This document shows, one piece after another, positions 15,546 to 24,110 of a stretch of DNA of 25,057 bases. The first letter of the stretch is position 1; each line of letters opens with the position of its first letter. The translations under genes were made by a program, and so were the position numbers. Under the pieces are notes generated by a model. That model had not been told where the DNA came from and made no database searches. It was given only the letters and a program-made list of their open reading frames with translations. The DNA is from Candidatus Nanohaloarchaea archaeon (GTDB lineage: Archaea > Nanohalarchaeota > Nanosalinia > Nanosalinales > Nanosalinaceae), in the NCBI GenBank assembly GCA_046539225.1, contig JBKHHG010000006.1:1-25057 (forward strand). Reading direction: 5' to 3'.

Positions 15546-17224
15546 AAAATCTTGCAACGGAATGGAGGATATGGGTGCTTGTCGCGGCTTTAATAGGGGC
15601 CACGTTGATGCTGGGACCTACATACGCGACTGACGACGATGGAGACGTCGTGATAGAGACAAATCTCGAGGACAGGATGGGAATGGACTTTACAGGAGGT
15701 ACAAGGCTTTTAATCGGAATGAACACAACAGATTACGACGGAGAATTAAATGAGAGTAATTACGACGGAGAATTAAATGAGAGTCAGGAAGAAGACGAAG
15801 AGGATCCGGAACAGCAGCTTGCAAACCGTGTAAGAGATATTATAGAGATAAGGGTTCAGCAGGCAGGCCTCGCGGATCCCAGCGTCAGGACTGTTGATAT
15901 AGGCGGTGGAGAGTATCGGGTGCAGGCCGAAGTCGCGGCGACCAACCAGAGCCAGATGCAGGAGTTGGTCGAGAGAGAAGGAAGCTTCGAGTCCCGGATG
16001 CCTTTCAAGGTGCGTGACTCCCGCGAGTTCACTTTGCAGGACACCTACACGTTCACCAGACAGAATGATTCAGTATTAGTGGAGGAGACCGACACCGCCT
16101 TGGAACCTGGAGAAGATACAAGCATTGATGGAAACAAGTTCGTTTTCATCAACCAGAGCGAGGAAAGGGCGAACATGGAGGTTGTTGCTTACACCGGATC
16201 CGAGATATCCGATGTGCTTCTCGGAGACGCGAACGCAGGAGTCGACACCTCAGGCCCACCGTACAGCTGGCAGTTCCCTATCGTTATCTCAAGCGACGCC
16301 GCCCAGCACCTTAACCGTATATCCCAGAACTACGGGGTCAGTGGCGGCGACGAAGGATGGCTGATACATGAAAACGGAGACTACGCGAGGATGGCGCTCT
16401 ACGTCGACGGAGAGGAGCAGAGCTCATTAAGGATGAGCAGCGTGTTCCAGGAACGTGTCTTAACGCAATCACAGATAAGTGGAGGAGAACAGAGCCGGGA
16501 AGAAGCCGAGAAAAGCATGAACGAGATGGCCGCCATCCTACAGTCCGGAAGCCTCCCGGTACCGGTCTACATTGACAGCATAAGCGAGCTTTCATCTTCT
16601 CTCGGAGACGACTTCCTGAGGACTTCAATAATTTCAATCATCGGATCTCTGATAGCAGTAGGCCTCATCGTGACCGCAAGATACCAGAACCCAAAGATCG
16701 CACTGCCGATAGTATTTACAGGGGCGGCAGAAGTCTATATACTCCTCGGATTCTGGTTCACAACAGCAGGATCGCTCAGCCTGTCCGCCATAGCAGGTAT
16801 AATCGCCGCAGTAGGTACAGGGGTAGACGACCAGATCATAATCACAGACGAATCGGACAGAGAATCCATACAGTCCTGGACAGAGAAAATGAAGAGAGCA
16901 TTCTTCGTAATATTCACCTCTGCAGCTTCAACAATAGGCGCAATGCTTCCTATAATCTACCCAGGCCTCATAAGCCTGATGATCGCCGCAGCAGGCATAG
17001 GCCTCCTCGGATACAACTACTACTCCCGGGGAACCAACAAGCACTTCACAGCAATCGGGATATTTGCGGCGTTGATCGGAACAGTCATATTCATATCAGA
17101 GCCTTCCGGAGACGCCATGAGCACGATCCACGACTTCGCATGGACCACTATAATCGGTATAATGATAGGGATAGCGATTACAAGGCCTGCATTCGCCAAG
17201 ATTATAGAAGAAATGGACGAATAG
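15536..17224 (+). CDS. secD: Protein translocase subunit SecD
   Basis: GMDFTGGTR, LQSGSLPV, AIAGIIAAVGTGVDDQIIITDE, AFFVIF, ITRPAF. Confidence 0.93.
   Translation: MDIENLATEWRIWVLVAALIGATLMLGPTYATDDDGDVVIETNLEDRMGMDFTGGTRLLIGMNTTDYDGELNESNYDGELNESQEEDEEDPEQQLANRVRDIIEIRVQQAGLADPSVRTVDIGGGEYRVQAEVAATNQSQMQELVEREGSFESRMPFKVRDSREFTLQDTYTFTRQNDSVLVEETDTALEPGEDTSIDGNKFVFINQSEERANMEVVAYTGSEISDVLLGDANAGVDTSGPPYSWQFPIVISSDAAQHLNRISQNYGVSGGDEGWLIHENGDYARMALYVDGEEQSSLRMSSVFQERVLTQSQISGGEQSREEAEKSMNEMAAILQSGSLPVPVYIDSISELSSSLGDDFLRTSIISIIGSLIAVGLIVTARYQNPKIALPIVFTGAAEVYILLGFWFTTAGSLSLSAIAGIIAAVGTGVDDQIIITDESDRESIQSWTEKMKRAFFVIFTSAASTIGAMLPIIYPGLISLMIAAAGIGLLGYNYYSRGTNKHFTAIGIFAALIGTVIFISEPSGDAMSTIHDFAWTTIIGIMIGIAITRPAFAKIIEEMDE
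15732..15784 (+). repeat. In-frame tandem duplication (27-bp period, 26 identical bases) in secD
   Basis: ATTACGACGGAGAATTAAATGAGAGT at 15732-15757 and 15759-15784, encoding (D/N)YDGELNES twice. Confidence 0.95.
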
Positions 17225-17246
17225 AAAAAGAGAAAGAAAACTTATT

Positions 17247-17531
17247 TTAGACAAGATTTCCCAGATCGACATCAACGTCCTGGTTATAGTCAAACTCTAC
17301 ATCGCCGTAGCCGGGGAAGGCCTGCTCCAGAGATTCTTTAACTTTGAACTCTTCCGGCCGACCAAGTTTCCCAAGGCCTTCGCCGTTCAAAACTCCAAGA
17401 ACAGTCAGTTGCAGATCTCCAGGGTAATCCGCAGGCGAGTCCTGGTCAAACTCCTGCCGGTAAAGTACATCTCCAATACCTTCTACACCGTATAAGTGCA
17501 GCTCTGATTCTCTCTCGCCTCTGAGAATCAT
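17247..17531 (-). CDS. Acidic hypothetical protein
   Basis: 94-aa ORF coupled to nac by an ATGA overlap. Confidence 0.6.
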   Translation of the reverse strand: MILRGERESELHLYGVEGIGDVLYRQEFDQDSPADYPGDLQLTVLGVLNGEGLGKLGRPEEFKVKESLEQAFPGYGDVEFDYNQDVDVDLGNLV

Positions 17532-17836
17532 TGAAGCGCCATCACCGCGGCTGCGACGTCGCCTTCCTCTTCAAGGGCTTTCTCCGCATCCTCTCTTGAG
17601 GCCTCGGTCTTCTCCATTACAAGCTCTATATCCTCATCGGGGACGCCCGCTTCCTCGATGTAGTCACCCTGGAGCTGGAAGATCTCTTTTCCCTGGGCCT
17701 CGATCTTTGATAGGCCTGGATTCGAAAATACGAGTTTTTTACCGTTTGACAGATGGACCTCGACTTTTTCCGCGTTGATCTCTTCCATGTCCATGCCCAT
17801 CTGTTTCATCATCTGTTCCATATTGCCGCCGAACAT
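17528..17836 (-). CDS. nac: Nascent polypeptide-associated complex protein
   Basis: MEQMMKQMGMDMEEI NAC domain plus UBA-like EDIELVMEKT..SREDAEKALEE..GDVAAA. Likely start is ATG 17836. Confidence 0.92.
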   Translation of the reverse strand: MFGGNMEQMMKQMGMDMEEINAEKVEVHLSNGKKLVFSNPGLSKIEAQGKEIFQLQGDYIEEAGVPDEDIELVMEKTEASREDAEKALEEEGDVAAAVMALQ

Positions 17837-17886
17837 AACCCGGATTTGCACAGCGACTTTTTTATCCATACTGAAAAACCTGTTAC

Positions 17887-19074
17887 ATGATAGAAGCAGC
17901 AGCGCTTATAGGCCTCGGAGTTTTAACAGGGGCGGCAACAGGAGTAATTCCCGGGATACATCCAAACACGGTTATCTTCTCAGTCCTGCCTTTCTACTTC
18001 ATACTGAACCCTGATTTCATGAGTTTCATGGCCTTTATCTCAGGCCTCGGAGTCTCACACAGTTTACACGACTTTCTGCCCGCGCTTTTCCTCAAGACGC
18101 CGGAAGCCGAAAGCGCGTTAAGCTCTTTACCCGGCGTAAAAATGGTGGAGCAAGGCCTGGGAAGAAAGGCCTTCATCCTGACCTTAATCGGAGGCCTCTC
18201 CTCAACCGTTATATTCATCCTATCGCTGCCGCTGATATTTACAGGCCTGAAAACGGTTTACGGCTTGCTCGAGGAGGGAATGTTTTTCGTACTCGTGTTT
18301 TTCCTGGTATTTATACTTCTGGAGTCTGAGTCAACCCTTCACGCCTCTATTGTCGCATCCCTCTCCGGCGTCCTCGGGCTTCTGACCCTCAACTCAGGAA
18401 TCGAACAGCAGTTCATACTTATGCCGGTCTTCTCAGGGCTTTTCGCTGTCCCTGCGGTCATCTACAGCTTCCAGAGAGGCTTTGAAATACCGGAGCAAAA
18501 ACAAAGCTTCAGAATCCGGCTCTCCAGGCTGAAAGACGGCTCAACAGGATTTCTCGCCGGTTTTTTGGCGGGCATAGTCCCGGGGATAGGCGCTGCGGTC
18601 TCAACAACTTTTCTCACGCCGCTGATGGAAGGCGACAAGGAAAGCTTCCTGACAGGCCTCGGCGGCGTCAACACTTCCGACATCTTGATATCCTTTCTTG
18701 CGCTCCACCTCATAGGAAGGCCTCGAACCGGCAGCTCTGTCGCGCTCCAGTCCATCTCACAGGTCAGGCTTCCGGACGTAATGTTTCTCACCGGCTGCTC
18801 AATACTGGCGACAGGGATCTCGGGTATAATAGCATTGAAAAACCTTGACTTTTTCCTCAAGGCCGTCAGAAAGATAGAGTTCAGGTTTATAGGTTCGGCG
18901 GCTATCGCCACAGTACTGATCGCGGCCTACTTCACCACAGGCCTCTACGGCCTCCTGGTCCTATCCACGAGTTCCTTTATCGGAACGCTGGCGCTCCTTA
19001 AAAACTGTAGGGCAAGCTCCATGGCCATCCTTATAGTGCCGGCCCTAACATACTTCTCCGGAAGCTTTATTTGA
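17887..19074 (+). CDS. TctA-family (tripartite tricarboxylate transporter) permease, archaeal stand-alone type
   Basis: TGVIPGIHPN repeated internally as GIVPGIG; DFLPALFL..P; RTG. Confidence 0.85.
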   Translation: MIEAAALIGLGVLTGAATGVIPGIHPNTVIFSVLPFYFILNPDFMSFMAFISGLGVSHSLHDFLPALFLKTPEAESALSSLPGVKMVEQGLGRKAFILTLIGGLSSTVIFILSLPLIFTGLKTVYGLLEEGMFFVLVFFLVFILLESESTLHASIVASLSGVLGLLTLNSGIEQQFILMPVFSGLFAVPAVIYSFQRGFEIPEQKQSFRIRLSRLKDGSTGFLAGFLAGIVPGIGAAVSTTFLTPLMEGDKESFLTGLGGVNTSDILISFLALHLIGRPRTGSSVALQSISQVRLPDVMFLTGCSILATGISGIIALKNLDFFLKAVRKIEFRFIGSAAIATVLIAAYFTTGLYGLLVLSTSSFIGTLALLKNCRASSMAILIVPALTYFSGSFI

Positions 19075-19095
19075 GTAACTTTCAACTGGGGAAAC

Positions 19096-20091
19096 ATGGA
19101 TCTGGAGAGAAAATTTCTTACAGGCGTGGCAGGCGTCCTCGTATTCCTCGCATTTTTGATGGCGCTGCCATTCCTCGGCTACCTGATAGCGGCAGCGGTA
19201 CTTGCGTTTATGCTGAGGCCTCTGCAGAAGAGACTGGAAAAATACATCAGGCCAAGCATCGCCTCAGGCCTGTTAATCGTGGTGTTTGTCGGGGCCGTGA
19301 TGCTGCCGTTCGGCCTGGGCCTCAACGCAGTAATAGGCGATATCGGCGACATATCATCTAACATCGACAGAGTGGAGGCAGTCAACTTTACAGAGACAGA
19401 GGACCTCGTGCTGCAGCATACAGGACAGGAAATAGATATTGAACAGGAGATACAGCAGAACATGAACCGTGCAGCATCTCTCGCGATCGGAGGATTCTCT
19501 CAGGCCTTAAACGTTATCGCTGGAGTGGCGATCGGCGCCATAATAATGATATTCGCACTTTTCTATTTGTTGAGAGATAGAGAAAAACTTATAGTATGGG
19601 TAAAATCTGTTACACCTGTTGAAAGAGAACTCCAGGACAAACTGTACTCCAAGGCCTCCCTAATGACCTGGAGCGTTTTGAAGGGTCACGTGCTCGTGGC
19701 CATCGTAACCGGTCTGATCGCAGGCCTGGGACTCTACATGACCGGCGTCCCAAACGTAGCTTTCTGGACCTTTATGATGATCCTGCTCGCTTTCATACCT
19801 TTAATAGGAGCGTTCATGGTCTGGGCCCCTGCATCCCTCTACCTCTTCATCGTCTCCGAAAGGCTTGTAGCCGGGTTATTCCTCTTCATGTACGGCCTGA
19901 TTATCGTAAGCCTTTCAGACAACATACTCAGGCCTTACCTCGTCGACAGAAGAGCCGACATACACCCCGCGGCTATACTGATCGGGGTAATCGGAGGAGT
20001 ATACGTCTTCGGAGCGGTAGGCCTGTTTATAGGGCCTGTGATCTTCGGCTTCGGAAAGACCGTTCTCGAAGTCCTCAGGGAAGATTTATGA
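19096..20091 (+). CDS. AI-2E family transporter
   Basis: FYLLRD, FIPLIGAF.VW.P, DNILRP, IHPAAILIGVIGG..FG..GLFIGP. Confidence 0.9.
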   Translation: MDLERKFLTGVAGVLVFLAFLMALPFLGYLIAAAVLAFMLRPLQKRLEKYIRPSIASGLLIVVFVGAVMLPFGLGLNAVIGDIGDISSNIDRVEAVNFTETEDLVLQHTGQEIDIEQEIQQNMNRAASLAIGGFSQALNVIAGVAIGAIIMIFALFYLLRDREKLIVWVKSVTPVERELQDKLYSKASLMTWSVLKGHVLVAIVTGLIAGLGLYMTGVPNVAFWTFMMILLAFIPLIGAFMVWAPASLYLFIVSERLVAGLFLFMYGLIIVSLSDNILRPYLVDRRADIHPAAILIGVIGGVYVFGAVGLFIGPVIFGFGKTVLEVLREDL

Positions 20092-20115
20092 AAAAGGAAC
20101 TTCAAAATTTAGGAC

Positions 20116-20934
20116 ATGGACGGCATATCCTCCTCTGTACTCGCTGCCGCCGCAGTAACAGGCCTTCTCGCCCTGCCGATCGCGTCAGACACCGTTTCTC
20201 CGACAGCTTCATTCCATTCAGCAAACTCTTCTGACTCGCCTGTCGAAATAACGACTCGAACAAGCTCAGAAAACTTTGTAAAAACTGTTTCAACCGCTTT
20301 CGACAGGTTCAAGATCAATACTTCGACCAACAGTTCACACTCAGTACTGGAGACGCCTGAGTACCGGTTCGATACAGATCAGAGGCCTGGAAAAACAGTT
20401 AGAAAACTTGAAACATCTACAGGTATTTACAGGGTTGTAGAGGCCTCCGGGAAACGTGTGGAGGAGACAAAGCTTCCGGAGGGAAGATTTGTCAGAAAAG
20501 TGGATGATGGAGAAGTAGTGGAAAAGTTTGAAGGCGTTAACAGGTCGAGAGCCGATTCTTTAAGATCTAAACTCCGTGAAAGATACGAGAAACGTGTGGA
20601 TGCGATGCAGACGCGTTTCAGCGATATGAACTCCGGTGTTGAGATCGATGTGACGGTCCAGCCCGACCCCTCTGTAGAGGATGGCGAGTACGTGAAGCTG
20701 AGGAACGCAGGATCAGAAGAAGTCGATCTTGACGGCTGGAAGGTCGAGGACGAGGCCTCAAACAGCTATGAGTTTGACTCAAAGGTTCTGGAGCCGGGAG
20801 AATCTTTGAAGCTGTACAGCAACAACTCGGACGCGGAGCTGAACTGGGACGCGGGCTACGTCTGGAACATGGACGGCGACACAGCCCACATATACAACGA
20901 TGAAGGTGTTTTAGTCGAGGAGAAGCAGTATTAA
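20116..20934 (+). CDS. Secreted protein with C-terminal lamin-tail domain
   Basis: N-terminal signal-like hydrophobic stretch; EYVKLRN.G...VDLDGWKVED...L.PG...WNMDGD. Confidence 0.85.
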   Translation: MDGISSSVLAAAAVTGLLALPIASDTVSPTASFHSANSSDSPVEITTRTSSENFVKTVSTAFDRFKINTSTNSSHSVLETPEYRFDTDQRPGKTVRKLETSTGIYRVVEASGKRVEETKLPEGRFVRKVDDGEVVEKFEGVNRSRADSLRSKLRERYEKRVDAMQTRFSDMNSGVEIDVTVQPDPSVEDGEYVKLRNAGSEEVDLDGWKVEDEASNSYEFDSKVLEPGESLKLYSNNSDAELNWDAGYVWNMDGDTAHIYNDEGVLVEEKQY

Positions 20935-21203
20935 ATTTCTTCCATATCGTTGATCCTGAACTCTTCTCCAGAAAGTATTTTCCTGACCCTTCTCTCCTCT
21001 TCATCCACCACTAACAGAAACCGGCTCTCCAGGTTTCTAAGATCCTTTAAGCCGAGGCCTGAGGCCCTAAGATAGACCACGAGAGATAGAAAAACGTAGG
21101 CATAGAGCTGGAACAGCGTTACCCTTACCTGTAGAAAAGATGATAGGCCTGATACGATCAGTGCTGTTGCAACTCCTATAAGCAAAGCCTCGGAAGCCTT
21201 CAT
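20931..21203 (-). CDS. Hypothetical membrane protein (2 TM)
   Basis: ATG at 21203 lies 4 nt after the cupin stop; two hydrophobic segments then a charged tail. Confidence 0.6.
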   Translation of the reverse strand: MKASEALLIGVATALIVSGLSSFLQVRVTLFQLYAYVFLSLVVYLRASGLGLKDLRNLESRFLLVVDEEERRVRKILSGEEFRINDMEEI

Positions 21204-21207
21204 CCGG

Positions 21208-21570
21208 TTATCTTTCCTCGCTGTACGGGTCCTCAACTCTTTCGATGTCTTCAGGCCTGTAGGGGAATGAGATCTCGAGTATTTCCGCAACCTGGCTGTC
21301 AATGTTCTGGATCTGGTGTCTCTCTCCAGGCCTTATGACCCGGGCTTCGCCTTTTTCAAGGTCTTCCATTCCTTCCTCTATCCTCAGGACTGCGCAGCCG
21401 TTCTCAAGATAGATTATATCGGCCTGTTCATGGTGGAAGCAGTAGGAGGTCATTTCATCGGCGTTAATCTTCAATCTGCGGATGCCGAGCATCCCTCTCT
21501 CCCCGCCGACTTCTACCTGAGTTGTCAAGACTTGTTCCTCATATCCCCACGGCTTTCCGATCCGTCCCAT
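21208..21570 (-). CDS. Cupin-domain protein (mannose-6-phosphate isomerase type II C-terminal-like)
   Basis: KPWG, S...H, I.PG..H.I.N, EIS, DIER.ED.Y. Confidence 0.8.
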   Translation of the reverse strand: MGRIGKPWGYEEQVLTTQVEVGGERGMLGIRRLKINADEMTSYCFHHEQADIIYLENGCAVLRIEEGMEDLEKGEARVIRPGERHQIQNIDSQVAEILEISFPYRPEDIERVEDPYSEER

Positions 21571-21658
21571 ACATCAAGCATTACACATCAAAACTTTTAC
21601 CGGTTGCTGTAGTACAGGACAGTTGAAACAATAAAAACCGAGGTGGGAAAACCTTGTT

Positions 21659-22063
21659 ATGGTGGACGACTACCTGAGATCTATGCTGGCAGGAGAGTCA
21701 AGAGCCTACGGCTTCACGATCGCGTTCTGGGGATCCGGGGCACTGCTTATCAACCAGTTCGGACCGCCAAACATTATACAGGCCTTAAGCTTCGGTTTTG
21801 GAGCGGTTCTCGGGTTTGGCATACTGGCATTCGCCACTTTGAAAGACTCGAAGACAGACAGCAGCGAACAGGCCGTCATGGTTCTATCAACGGTACACTA
21901 CCTCTCAGCTCTTATGCCTATGCTTGTAACCCACGGAGCAGTACAGCTCAAAATGGGCGCGGCCTACACATTCCTGATATCAGGTATGAGCGTCTCCCTG
22001 CTGTACAACTTGTTTGCAGTGCTTGAAGAAGACATAGCAGAAGTTATAGAGAAAACTATCTAA
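21659..22063 (+). CDS. Hypothetical membrane protein (about 4 TM)
   Basis: ES.AYGFTI..WGSGA.L pattern; hydrophobic; 4-nt overlap with the convergent gene. Confidence 0.7.
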   Translation: MVDDYLRSMLAGESRAYGFTIAFWGSGALLINQFGPPNIIQALSFGFGAVLGFGILAFATLKDSKTDSSEQAVMVLSTVHYLSALMPMLVTHGAVQLKMGAAYTFLISGMSVSLLYNLFAVLEEDIAEVIEKTI

Positions 22064-22794
22064 GGCCTTCTCCATTCGCCGCCGTAAATATAGCCTGAAA
22101 GCTCTCCAGAAGACGAAAGCTTCTCAAAGACGCTGTCAAGGCCTCCATCACTCAGTTCATCGAAAATAGACGGCTCAAAAATATATGTTCCGGCGTTAAC
22201 AAGTTTTGTAGGCTCTTCCCCGGGCTCAGGCTTCTCCTCGAACCCTAAAACTTTCCTGCCCTTCAGTTTCACCGTTCCATACTCCGAAGGGTCTTCTACA
22301 GTGGTCAAAGCCATTGTAGCTTTTCTTCCTTCCTCCCTGTGAACTTTCAGCATGTCCGCGATATCCGCCCGGGCTATAACATCGCCGTTGACAGCGAGAA
22401 AGGTCTTGCCGATCCTGTCCCCAAGTTTTTTGAGTGCGGAGGCCGTGCCCCGGGGCTCTTCCTCGGAGACGTACTCTACATCCATTCCGTACGAGAAACG
22501 GTCGCGTATCTCTTCCTCATTTTTCCCGGGCAAGAGGACGAGCCTTGAAATATTGTTATCTTTAAGATGCTCTACGATGTGAGAAAGTACAGGCCTGCCA
22601 TCTACAGACTTCAAAGACCTTTTCTCCTCTCCTCCACAGAATATTACCGCGGTATCGATCTCCTGGCCGTGTATATACTCTTCGACCACTTCTTCAAACA
22701 TCTGCGACCTGTTAAGGCTTTTATGGTCGGCCTCGGCGTCCATACGTTTCAGAAGTTCTTCTTCGAGAGTCAGGGAGACCCTTTTCTTCGACAT
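22060..22794 (-). CDS. Ribbon-helix-helix domain fused to a degenerate sugar-phosphate nucleotidyltransferase domain
   Basis: KKRVSLTLEEELLKRMD......NRSQMFEEVV (CopG/NikR-type RHH), followed by AVIFCGG, EEPRGTA, NGD, FEEKP, NAGTYIF. Confidence 0.85.
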   Translation of the reverse strand: MSKKRVSLTLEEELLKRMDAEADHKSLNRSQMFEEVVEEYIHGQEIDTAVIFCGGEEKRSLKSVDGRPVLSHIVEHLKDNNISRLVLLPGKNEEEIRDRFSYGMDVEYVSEEEPRGTASALKKLGDRIGKTFLAVNGDVIARADIADMLKVHREEGRKATMALTTVEDPSEYGTVKLKGRKVLGFEEKPEPGEEPTKLVNAGTYIFEPSIFDELSDGGLDSVFEKLSSSGELSGYIYGGEWRRP

Positions 22795-22796
22795 GT

Positions 22797-22821
22797 AATA
22801 AGATTGTATTCAAGTCTTATT
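22797..22821. promoter_or_regulatory. Inverted repeat AATAAGA-N11-TCTTATT overlapping the promoter of the RHH fusion gene
   Basis: Arms at 22797-22803 and 22815-22821, inner TTG/CAA pair. It fills the 30-bp intergenic gap and overlaps TAAATAAG on the - strand. Confidence 0.5.
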
Positions 22822-22824
22822 TAG

Positions 22825-23478
22825 TTACTCCTTCTCGATCTCAACACCTACAGAGTAGGTTTCCCCGTTCTTCTGGAAAGTCGCCAGTTTTTTCTCTCCA
22901 TATGTCAGGCCTCTCAGGAGATCGATCGCCTTCCCCAGGCTCATCTCCTCCTCAAGATTTAAACGCGACACCTCATCCAGATCTTTTTTCCTGTGCATAG
23001 TTCCTTCCCCCTGTTCTGAGGCCTCTCCCCTGAGGATATTGTCCCAGTTCTGTTTGAAGAGCTCGGCCTGTTCACGCATCAGTCTCTTCCTTAAAGTTTC
23101 GGCGGTGTCATCCGGTTTCCTCTCCACTTTTTTCCTCGCAACTATAGGCCCGGTGTCGACGCCTTCATCCATGAAATGCATTGAAACGCCTGCCGGCGTG
23201 TCCTCGATCAGAGGCCAGATGTACGGATGCGCTCCCCTGTTATACGGAAGGTAAGATGGGTGAAGGTTGACGACACCTTTCTCAGGTATCTGGATTAACT
23301 CCTCCGGGATTATATGCCTGAATCCGGAGGATACAACGAGTTCAGGCCTTAAATCCTGGATTTTCTGGAGGCCTTCTTCCTCCTCGACGACTGCTTCAAT
23401 TTTTACATCTTGCCTGGCTTCAAGCCATTCAAGTACTTCTTCTCCTGCCTCGTTCATTCCCAGAAATACTATCTCCAT
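22825..23478 (-). CDS. N-formyltransferase, probably acting on an NDP-amino sugar
   Basis: NLHPSYLPYNRG, HFMDEGVDTG, short C-terminus AIDLLRGLT as in sugar N-formyltransferases. ATG at 23478. Confidence 0.8.
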   Translation of the reverse strand: MEIVFLGMNEAGEEVLEWLEARQDVKIEAVVEEEEGLQKIQDLRPELVVSSGFRHIIPEELIQIPEKGVVNLHPSYLPYNRGAHPYIWPLIEDTPAGVSMHFMDEGVDTGPIVARKKVERKPDDTAETLRKRLMREQAELFKQNWDNILRGEASEQGEGTMHRKKDLDEVSRLNLEEEMSLGKAIDLLRGLTYGEKKLATFQKNGETYSVGVEIEKE

Positions 23479-23523
23479 ACCAGGATAGTTTTGCTGAAGT
23501 TTCAAATCAGTTTTTAGGAAGTA

Positions 23524-23886
23524 TTATTTTTCCAGCGCCAGCCTTTCAGCGAATTCATCGTAACTTTTGTCGCTTGAAACTATTTTTTCGCCCTGCGAGC
23601 TTGCGAGATGGAGCGCGTCAAACGGTGTGAAGCCTTCCTCTTCAACGTATAGGGCTGCGGACTCTATTTTCTCAGTCCCTCCCTTTACATCGACAAGCTC
23701 GATTGTCTCAGCCACGGTTCTCAAGGTGTTTTTATTTTCTCTGTAGGCGATCAGCATCAGCTCTATCAATGTGTACTCCGAAGTCCAGAGCTCATCGCTG
23801 TTTTCCCTGTAGATTTCCTCGGCTCGATCCGAGAGCCAGTCATCATCCTTGATCAACGCCAGGATAAAGTCGGTCTCGACGTACAT
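23524..23886 (-). CDS. vapC: PIN-domain toxin (VapC-like)
   Basis: MYVETDFILAL, TS..TL.E, TPFDALH.A, IVSSDKSYD. Confidence 0.88.
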   Translation of the reverse strand: MYVETDFILALIKDDDWLSDRAEEIYRENSDELWTSEYTLIELMLIAYRENKNTLRTVAETIELVDVKGGTEKIESAALYVEEEGFTPFDALHLASSQGEKIVSSDKSYDEFAERLALEK

Positions 23887-24110
23887 TACTTCCCGGCCTC
23901 TTCCATCCCTGTCTTGAGAGCCTTTTCCTTTAACTCTTCGACCGATGCATCGATATCCGACATCTCGTCTCTTAAGGCCTGTAGCGGCTCCTCAGATACC
24001 GGTACAAGCACGATCCTGTCCTCTCTCTGCAGTATGTGGAATCTTTCGCCCAGCTCTTCCCTCATCTCCTTCGGAATATATACTCTACCATTATCAGCAG
24101 TTGTTACCAT
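23886..24110 (-). CDS. vapB: AbrB/MazE/SpoVT-family antitoxin (VapB-like)
   Basis: DNGRVYIPKEMREELG...IVLVP; TAATG coupling to the PIN gene. Confidence 0.85.
   Translation of the reverse strand: MVTTADNGRVYIPKEMREELGERFHILQREDRIVLVPVSEEPLQALRDEMSDIDASVEELKEKALKTGMEEAGK

Noticed and set aside
2371..23374. Closely spaced AGGCCT pairs (e.g. 2371/2380, 4589/4600, 10322/10329) or a fixed nucleosome-like period
   Set aside because: At one site per roughly 190 bp, about ten close pairs are expected by chance, and the gaps show no evident periodicity by eye.
22825..23478. Methionyl-tRNA formyltransferase (fmt)
   Set aside because: It lacks the long C-terminal tRNA-binding domain, archaea do not use fMet initiation, and the context is glycan biosynthesis.
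23375..23974. Lack of AGGCCT across vapC as proof of recent horizontal acquisition
   Set aside because: Equal or longer gaps occur in core genes (4829-5443 in the mutase, 15871-16659 in secD).
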